NCBI GenBank assembly: GCA_964566535.1
Contig: CAZMIO010000009.1
Location: 1 to 43,338, forward strand
From: an uncultured Methanosarcinales archaeon
GTDB lineage: Archaea > Nanobdellota > Nanobdellia > Woesearchaeales > CAZOXR01
Length of the DNA: 43,338 bases
Direction of reading: 5' to 3'
Shown: positions 37,980 through 43,338 of the stretch, in pieces
Position numbering within the stretch: the first letter of the stretch is position 1
How the letters are laid out: each line of letters opens with the position of its first letter
Program-made: the position numbers and the translations under genes
The notes under the pieces: model-generated
The model's database searches: none
What the model was told of the DNA's origin: nothing
What the model saw: the letters and a program-made list of their open reading frames with translations, nothing else

Positions 37980-38881
37980 TCGTTAACGTAGGTTAACCAG
38001 TTATTATACTTTTCGTTTTTCCCGTGAACAATGTCCATGAATAATTCTTTTATTTTGGTTGTTATTGGTCCTGGTGCAGCGTTTCCTATTTTTTTATTGT
38101 CTAGGGATTCTATTGATGTTACTTCTGCTGCTGTACCTGTAAAGAATGCTTCGTCCGCATCGTAGATGTCTTCTAGCTTTAATTCCTTTTCTTCTACTTC
38201 TATGTTTAGATCTTTTGCTAATTGCTTTACAGATGCTCTTGTTATTCCTGGTAATATTGAGCCTGCCTGTGGAGTGAGTATTTTGTTATCTTTTACTATG
38301 AAAATGTTTTCGCCAGGACCTTCAGCTACGTTTCCTTCGTAATCTAATAATAATGCTTCATCATACCCTGCGTTTTTTACTTCAATTGAGGCTAAGATTG
38401 AGTTTGCGTAAAATCCAACTATTTTTGCGTCTGAGACTGCGGACTTAGGATGGATTCTTATGTATTTTGAAGTTTTTACCTTTACTGCTTGGTCACCTAG
38501 GTATGAACCCCATGGCCATACAGCTATTGAGGTATTGACTGGAGCGCTTTTTGGGTTTAATCCCATCTTTCCATAACCGAAGAAGCAGATAGGTCTTATG
38601 TAGCCTGCTTTTAGGTCGTTTTCTTTTACTGTTTGAATTGTTGCTTTTACTATTTCTTTATTTGAGAATGGAATTTTCATATCTACTGATTCTGCTGAGT
38701 AGAATAATCTGTCGATGTGCTCATTTAGTTTGAATATTGCTGCGCCTTTATCTGTTTCGTAGCATCTGATGCCTTCGAACACTCCTGCACCGTAATGTAG
38801 GGTATGTGTAAGTACATGGACATTAGCGTCTTTCCAGGGTACAAGTTTTCCGTCCATCCAGATTAATTTTGTTTCTTTCAT
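37976..38881 (-). CDS. ilvE: Branched-chain amino acid aminotransferase
   Basis: LHYGAGVFEGIR, YIRP, AK, DEALLLD, EGPGENIF, ILPGITR, FTGTAAEV. Confidence 0.97.
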   Translation of the reverse strand: MKETKLIWMDGKLVPWKDANVHVLTHTLHYGAGVFEGIRCYETDKGAAIFKLNEHIDRLFYSAESVDMKIPFSNKEIVKATIQTVKENDLKAGYIRPICFFGYGKMGLNPKSAPVNTSIAVWPWGSYLGDQAVKVKTSKYIRIHPKSAVSDAKIVGFYANSILASIEVKNAGYDEALLLDYEGNVAEGPGENIFIVKDNKILTPQAGSILPGITRASVKQLAKDLNIEVEEKELKLEDIYDADEAFFTGTAAEVTSIESLDNKKIGNAAPGPITTKIKELFMDIVHGKNEKYNNWLTYVNE

Positions 38882-38916
38882 TATTAGATAGAGTTTTTGA
38901 AATTAATTTAAATACT

Positions 38917-38977
38917 TTTTGGAATCAAAGATTCCAAAACCGATTAAAATTAAGAATTTTAATAGTTTTTGGAATCT
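38917..38977. repeat. Overlapping palindromes with 3-nt loops upstream of ilvE
   Basis: ttttggaatc-aaa-gattccaaaa (38917-38939) and agattccaaaa..attaaaatt-aag-aattttaat..ttttggaatct (38929-38977). Confidence 0.7.
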
Positions 38978-39009
38978 TCTATCCTAAATCTAGTTAAAAT
39001 TACAAATTG

Positions 39010-39087
39010 TGTCCAGTGCAGAGAGGGGCTAATTCTTTTGAATTTTTGGTTTATGGAGGTTTTTGGGGGGGCACAACCCACTGGACA
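39010..39087. other. GC-rich element closed by a 9-bp perfect inverted repeat (possible small ncRNA or protein-binding site)
   Basis: tgtccagtg (39010-39018) / cactggaca (39079-39087) enclosing GAGAGGGG, GGAGGT and G7 runs. Confidence 0.45.
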
Positions 39088-39145
39088 TGGACGGGCGTGA
39101 GCTATATAAGTTGGCGAATTAATAGATTAATTGAGGTGATTAGAG

Positions 39146-39289
39146 ATGGCGATATGTAGAATGTGTGGAAAGTCGGTAAATAGGTATAAGGCAATTTGTT
39201 TGGAATGTGAAGAATCAGGGCAGAGTTTTGCTTTTGAAGCTCTTGATGATGATTTTATGCAGCAGGTTGGAATAGTGGGGTGGTACTAA
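39146..39289 (+). CDS. 47-aa zinc-finger microprotein (CRMC...CLEC)
   Basis: Not in ORF track; CTATATAA box, SD GAGGTGA; MAICRMCGKSVNRYKAICLECEESGQSFAFEALDDDFMQQVGIVGWY. Confidence 0.75.
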   Translation: MAICRMCGKSVNRYKAICLECEESGQSFAFEALDDDFMQQVGIVGWY

Positions 39290-39290
39290 A

Positions 39291-39413
39291 ATGAATCCAA
39301 ACGATACAACTCATAAAACAATTAAAGGTTTGTTTTACAAACAAATAAGGGATTTAACTGTGAGGAAAACTGATACTTTTGATTTTCAGTTTAGCGATAG
39401 GTGGTTGGTATGA
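39291..39413 (+). CDS. 40-aa microprotein
   Basis: Starts 1 nt after previous stop, SD-like GGGGTGG; MNPNDTTHKTIKGLFYKQIRDLTVRKTDTFDFQFSDRWLV. Confidence 0.6.
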   Translation: MNPNDTTHKTIKGLFYKQIRDLTVRKTDTFDFQFSDRWLV

Positions 39414-39529
39414 GCTTTTTTAAGAAAAAGAAATTCATAGATTGGGACGCTTACCAAAAGCGCCTTAATTTCTTTGATGAATTTAGGTTTCAACAGGATT
39501 GTAGGAATAGTTTCCTGCGTAATGAATAA
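39410..39529 (+). CDS. 39-aa microprotein
   Basis: ATGA overlap, SD-like AGGTGG; MSFFKKKKFIDWDAYQKRLNFFDEFRFQQDCRNSFLRNE. Confidence 0.6.
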   Translation: MSFFKKKKFIDWDAYQKRLNFFDEFRFQQDCRNSFLRNE

Positions 39530-39566
39530 CACAAAGTATAAAAATGGGTAATTAACCCCCCCTCGT

Positions 39567-40133
39567 ATGAAAATACTTACAAAAGATGAGGTTAAGCTTG
39601 AGAAGAATGACCTTGTTGATCAGATAAAGGAAGGTGCTGTTTTTATACATCCTACTGATACTATTTATGGTATTGGGTGTAATGCTGTAGATAGTAATGC
39701 TGTTAAGAAAGTTAGGGAACTTAAGGGAAGAGTTAAGAATCCTTTTTCGGTTATTGCACCATCCAAGAATTGGATATATAAGAATTTTGAAGTTAGTCCT
39801 GAGGCTAAGAAATGGGTTGAGAAATTGCCTGGACCGTATACTCTGATTCTGAAGAGGAAGGATGGTAAGATTGCTGAGTCTGTTGCTCCCGGATTAGACA
39901 CTTTAGGTATTAGAATTCCTGATCATTGGTTTAGTGATGTTGTTAAGGAACTTGGTTTTCCAATCATTACTACATCTGCAAATAAGGTTAGTGAGAATTT
40001 TATGACTTCTATGGAAGACTTGAATTCTCAGATTAAGGAAGGGATGGACTTTATTGTTTATGAAGATAAGAAGAAAGGAAGGCCATCTAAGATTGTTGAT
40101 TTGACTGGTGATGTTAAGGTTATTGAGCGGTAG
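39567..40133 (+). CDS. tsaC: Threonylcarbamoyl-AMP synthase (YrdC/TsaC, single domain)
   Basis: PTDTIYGIGC, K.R..NP, PGPYTLIL, GIRIP, TTSAN, PSKIVDL. Confidence 0.95.
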   Translation: MKILTKDEVKLEKNDLVDQIKEGAVFIHPTDTIYGIGCNAVDSNAVKKVRELKGRVKNPFSVIAPSKNWIYKNFEVSPEAKKWVEKLPGPYTLILKRKDGKIAESVAPGLDTLGIRIPDHWFSDVVKELGFPIITTSANKVSENFMTSMEDLNSQIKEGMDFIVYEDKKKGRPSKIVDLTGDVKVIER

Positions 40134-40542
40134 GTTTTTATATATAGTTATTTCTAGTATATTGGTATGGTTGAATATAATCCTTATTTAGTGGCTGGAG
40201 GTCTAATCGCAGGAGCATTAGCTTTGAGTGTAGTAGTCCCTCTTGTGAGGGAGATGGCTTTTTATCGAAGAGTTGCAAGAAGCACTTATGATTGTATTCT
40301 TTTAACTGCAATTGAAGATTATGAATCTGCTGTAGCACTTTATAGAGAGGTTCCAATGGAAGTAAGCCCAGATTGGGTTGGCATCTATTTAGATAGATTG
40401 ACCGGTCCAAGTAATGAAAAGTACGTTTCACCAACCTTAGTAGAAAGAGCCCAAGCTTGCATAGCGGAACTTAAAGGAATTGAAGAAAAACTTGCTGCAT
40501 AGGAATGTTTTTATATGTAACTATTTCTAGTATATTGGTATG
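40134..40542 (+). repeat. 36-bp direct repeat (33/36 identical) of promoter plus start codon flanking an orphan gene
   Basis: 40134-40169 and 40507-40542; last 21 nt identical (tatttctagtatattggtATG). Confidence 0.9.
40167..40502 (+). CDS. Hypothetical membrane-anchored orphan protein
   Basis: 111 aa, N-terminal TM helix, own TATA box. Confidence 0.7.
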   Translation: MVEYNPYLVAGGLIAGALALSVVVPLVREMAFYRRVARSTYDCILLTAIEDYESAVALYREVPMEVSPDWVGIYLDRLTGPSNEKYVSPTLVERAQACIAELKGIEEKLAA

Positions 40543-41184
40543 AAAGGAACTAAAAAGGAAACTAAATCGAAGCATACTAAACTTAAGATATTAGCTGCAG
40601 GCGATATTCATGGAGATATTGATCTGGCTGAGAAGCTGGCTGAGAGGGCTAAGAAGGAGAAAGTTGATCTAGTGGTGTTGTGTGGTGACTTGACGCTTAG
40701 AGAGAGTTCTACTGAGAATATAATAGGTCCTTTTAAGAAAAGGAATGAGAAGGTTTTGCTTATTCCTGGGAACCATGAAACAATTGCTACTGCTGACTTT
40801 CTTGCACAGCAGTATGGGATGAAGAATTTGCATGGTTACTCTGTTAATTACAAAGATGTAGGTATATTTGGGGCTGGTGGTGCAAACATTGGATTGTTTC
40901 AGTTGGATGAGAAGGAGCTTTACGACTTACTTAAGAAAGGTAATGATAAGGTGAAGTATTTGAAGAAGAAGATAATGGTTACTCATGTTCATCCCTCTGG
41001 TACTAAGATGGAGAAATTTACTAAGCTTGTTCCTGGCTCTGATGGTGTGAAGAGAGCCGTTGATAAGTTGAAGCCTGATCTATTGCTATGTTCTCATGTT
41101 CATGAAGCAGAAGGTATAGAAGAGAAGATTGGTAAGACTAAAGTTATTAACGTTGGAAAAAAAGGAAAAATAATAGAAATTTAG
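40540..41184 (+). CDS. Calcineurin-like metallophosphoesterase
   Basis: GDIHG, CGDL, PGNHE, VTH, SHVHE motifs. Confidence 0.93.
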   Translation: MKGTKKETKSKHTKLKILAAGDIHGDIDLAEKLAERAKKEKVDLVVLCGDLTLRESSTENIIGPFKKRNEKVLLIPGNHETIATADFLAQQYGMKNLHGYSVNYKDVGIFGAGGANIGLFQLDEKELYDLLKKGNDKVKYLKKKIMVTHVHPSGTKMEKFTKLVPGSDGVKRAVDKLKPDLLLCSHVHEAEGIEEKIGKTKVINVGKKGKIIEI

Positions 41185-41618
41185 TTTACGTACAGAAGTC
41201 CGGATGGTCCAACTGCTCCTTTATTTGCTAAAACGCAAGAGTACTTGTAGATTCCTGGCAAGTTTGCCTTGAATGTTAATTCTTTTCTTGTGTTTTTGTC
41301 AACAGTTGTTGTTATCTTGTAACCAGATATCCTGAACTTACATTTATTTACACCGTTTAGGATTAGTGCCACAGTTTCTCCCTTCTTTACGTGGATGTCT
41401 TCTGGATTTAATCCGTCCATGCTTAGGTCGATGTTTATTAACTTTCTTACACTGAAGTGTCCTTGTAAGTCTCCGAACTTTTGTTTGTTTTGACTAAATG
41501 CTTGTTTATGGTTTTTTAAGAATTCTTTATTTGTGTTGCTATCTGGTATTGCCAGAACTATTGCGCTTACTAGAGCTGCTATGACAACAAAAATTAAAAA
41601 TGTTTTTGTAACGTTCAT
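41181..41618 (-). CDS. Membrane-anchored cupredoxin-like domain protein
   Basis: N-terminal TM; P..I.VKKGE.V.L, F.A..PG.Y.YSC, G.LYV; His ligands not evident. Confidence 0.7.
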   Translation of the reverse strand: MNVTKTFLIFVVIAALVSAIVLAIPDSNTNKEFLKNHKQAFSQNKQKFGDLQGHFSVRKLINIDLSMDGLNPEDIHVKKGETVALILNGVNKCKFRISGYKITTTVDKNTRKELTFKANLPGIYKYSCVLANKGAVGPSGLLYVN

Positions 41619-41759
41619 TTTTTTCGGTACCCCCGTAATTTTATTGTTTTAGGGCTGATGTTTCTTATTTAAATTTTATTGTTGTAATTTATAATTGTTA
41701 TTAGTTCATTAGGTAACAAAACGAAAGTTTTTTATGTAAGTTAGGGGATTACTTTAGGT

Positions 41760-41885
41760 ATGACAACAATATTTCCGGTATGCCCAAAATGTGGTAAGGG
41801 GCATATGCTTCCTTTTTCATTTAAAGAAGATACTTTTGAGAAGTGGAAGTGTTCTGACTGCCTTTATACGGTTGAGAAGAGGTAG
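41760..41885 (+). CDS. 41-aa zinc-ribbon microprotein (MTTIFPVCPKCGKGHMLPFSFKEDTFEKWKCSDCLYTVEKR)
   Basis: Not in ORF track; CPKCG...W.CSDC; TATA-like TTTATGTA upstream; converges on rtcB stop. Confidence 0.75.
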   Translation: MTTIFPVCPKCGKGHMLPFSFKEDTFEKWKCSDCLYTVEKR

Positions 41886-43295
41886 TTAACCTTTTAGAAC
41901 TCCTATAGGACTTAACTTAGCCACTTTTAATGAAACGCCTGCTCCATGTACACTTTCAATTACTTCATCTACATCTTTGTAAGCTAATGGTGCTTCTTCT
42001 GCTAAGGATTTGAAAGAGGTTGCTTTTGTTACGATTCCTTTATGATGGAGAAGTTCGTTGCTTATCTTTTCTCCTCTGAATTGTCTTAGAGCTTGAGTTC
42101 TTGACATTGCTCTGCCTGCTCCATGTACTGTTGATCCGAATGTTTTTTCCATTGCTTCCTCTGTTCCTTTACATATGTATGAGGCAGTGCCCATAGTTCC
42201 TGCAATTAATGCTGGAGTGTCTGGAAAGGCTCTTGTAGCTCCTTTACGGGTTATGTATACTTCTTTCTTTTTTCCGTCTATCTTATGTTCTTCTTTTTTT
42301 GTTATGTTATGGGCGATAGCATAGATTGTATGCATGTCCATAGATTCCCAATCTTTTTTGAATATTTTTTCAAATGTGTCTCTGATCCATTGAGTCATTA
42401 TTAGTCTGTTTGTGAAGGCATAGTTAACTGCTGCTTGCATTGCTTTGTAATAATCTTGACCTTCTTTTGAATTGGCTGGTGCTCCAACTAATTGTTTGTC
42501 CGGTAGCCAGATGTTGTATTTTTTTACAGCTTGCTCATGAATTTTTAGGTAGTCTGATGCTACTTGGTGGCCTAAACCTCTACTTCCGCAATGTAACATG
42601 ATTACGACTTGGTCTGGGTTGGTTAAGCCTAGTTTTTTTGCGTATTCTTTGTCGTAAATGGTTTCTACTTTTTGTATTTCTAGGAAATGGTTTCCTGCTC
42701 CTAGAGTCCCACACTGAGGTTTTCCTCTTTTTTTTGCTAGGTCTGAAACTTTAGATGGGTCAGCACCTTGCATACATCCATTTTCTTCTGTGTTTTTGAT
42801 GTCTTCTTTTACCCCATATCCGTTTTCAACTGCCCAATTGCATCCGTTTTTTAGGACATCGTCTAATTGAGGTAGTTCTAGTCTTAGTTTTCCTTTAGAG
42901 CCTACTCCACATGGTACTGCATCGAATAAAGCAGGAATTAATTCTTTTACTTTGTCTTTTACTTCGTCGAATGTTAGATTAGTTCTTATAGAATTTACAC
43001 CGCAGTTAATATCAAAGCCTGTGCAGCCGCTACTTATCATACCTTCTTCTGCATCAAATGCCATGACGGCTCCCATTGGTAATCCATATCCGAAATGTGC
43101 ATCACTCATTGCACAGACTGGTTCAACAACACCTGGTAGGCAGCAGACGTTGCTTAACTGTTCAATTGTGCCATCTTCCATTGTGCTATGTATTGCTTTG
43201 TTTGCAATTAGTTTTCCATCTACTTTCATTTCCTTTCTAGACTCTTTTGGAAGTATCCATTCGTAGTCGTTGATCTGTTTTAGTTTATCTTTCAT
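41886..43295 (-). CDS. rtcB: RNA-splicing ligase RtcB
   Basis: DAHFGYG, GFDINCG, GTLGAGNHF, HCGSRGLG, HN, RKGAT, STVHGAGR, EEAP.AYK. Confidence 0.97.
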   Translation of the reverse strand: MKDKLKQINDYEWILPKESRKEMKVDGKLIANKAIHSTMEDGTIEQLSNVCCLPGVVEPVCAMSDAHFGYGLPMGAVMAFDAEEGMISSGCTGFDINCGVNSIRTNLTFDEVKDKVKELIPALFDAVPCGVGSKGKLRLELPQLDDVLKNGCNWAVENGYGVKEDIKNTEENGCMQGADPSKVSDLAKKRGKPQCGTLGAGNHFLEIQKVETIYDKEYAKKLGLTNPDQVVIMLHCGSRGLGHQVASDYLKIHEQAVKKYNIWLPDKQLVGAPANSKEGQDYYKAMQAAVNYAFTNRLIMTQWIRDTFEKIFKKDWESMDMHTIYAIAHNITKKEEHKIDGKKKEVYITRKGATRAFPDTPALIAGTMGTASYICKGTEEAMEKTFGSTVHGAGRAMSRTQALRQFRGEKISNELLHHKGIVTKATSFKSLAEEAPLAYKDVDEVIESVHGAGVSLKVAKLSPIGVLKG

Positions 43296-43338
43296 GTAGA
43301 ATTAGTTGTTATGATAAACTTATAAAGGTTTTGTTTGG

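Noticed and set aside
39030..39088. 19-codon minus-strand ORF MSSGLCPPKNLHKPKIQKN as an ilvE leader peptide
   Set aside because: Not enriched in Ile/Leu/Val codons, and ilvE has its own proximal TATA box
39008..39090. ORB-like motif (TCCAGTG...GGGG) suggesting a replication origin
   Set aside because: Partial match only, no cdc6/orc1 nearby, and strand bias does not visibly switch here

Overview
AT-rich, gene-dense archaeal chromosome segment. Archaeal markers include HerA/Mre11, L35Ae, AglB, archaeal-type TrpRS, an archaeal SRP RNA, TATA-box promoters and GGTGA-type SD sites. Gene content and style suggest a DPANN (Woesearchaeota/Nanoarchaeota-like) genome; that assignment is inference. Main blocks: herA-mre11; a tRNA-dependent amidation cluster (gatC-ppi-gatA-gatB plus a bacterial-type, probably non-discriminating AspRS fused to a YbaK/ProXp editing domain); dTMP-synthesis genes (dCMP deaminase, tandem-domain ThyX, NMP-kinase-like protein); aglB with an N-terminal SHOCT motif; a complete trp operon (trpEGDC-rpe-GNAT-trpFB-GNAT-GNAT-trpA-trpS); a presenilin-type protease; an MBL hydrolase with no canonical start codon; SRP RNA; ilvE; tsaC; rtcB. 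Features missed by the ORF track: several microproteins (including a coupled three-gene micro-operon preceded by a GC-rich stem-loop), a 3x54-bp tandem repeat built of 3-nt-loop hairpins with compensatory changes (similar hairpins occur elsewhere), and orphan genes flanked by direct repeats of promoter or start/stop junctions. No CRISPR array, transposase, tRNA or rRNA was recognised.
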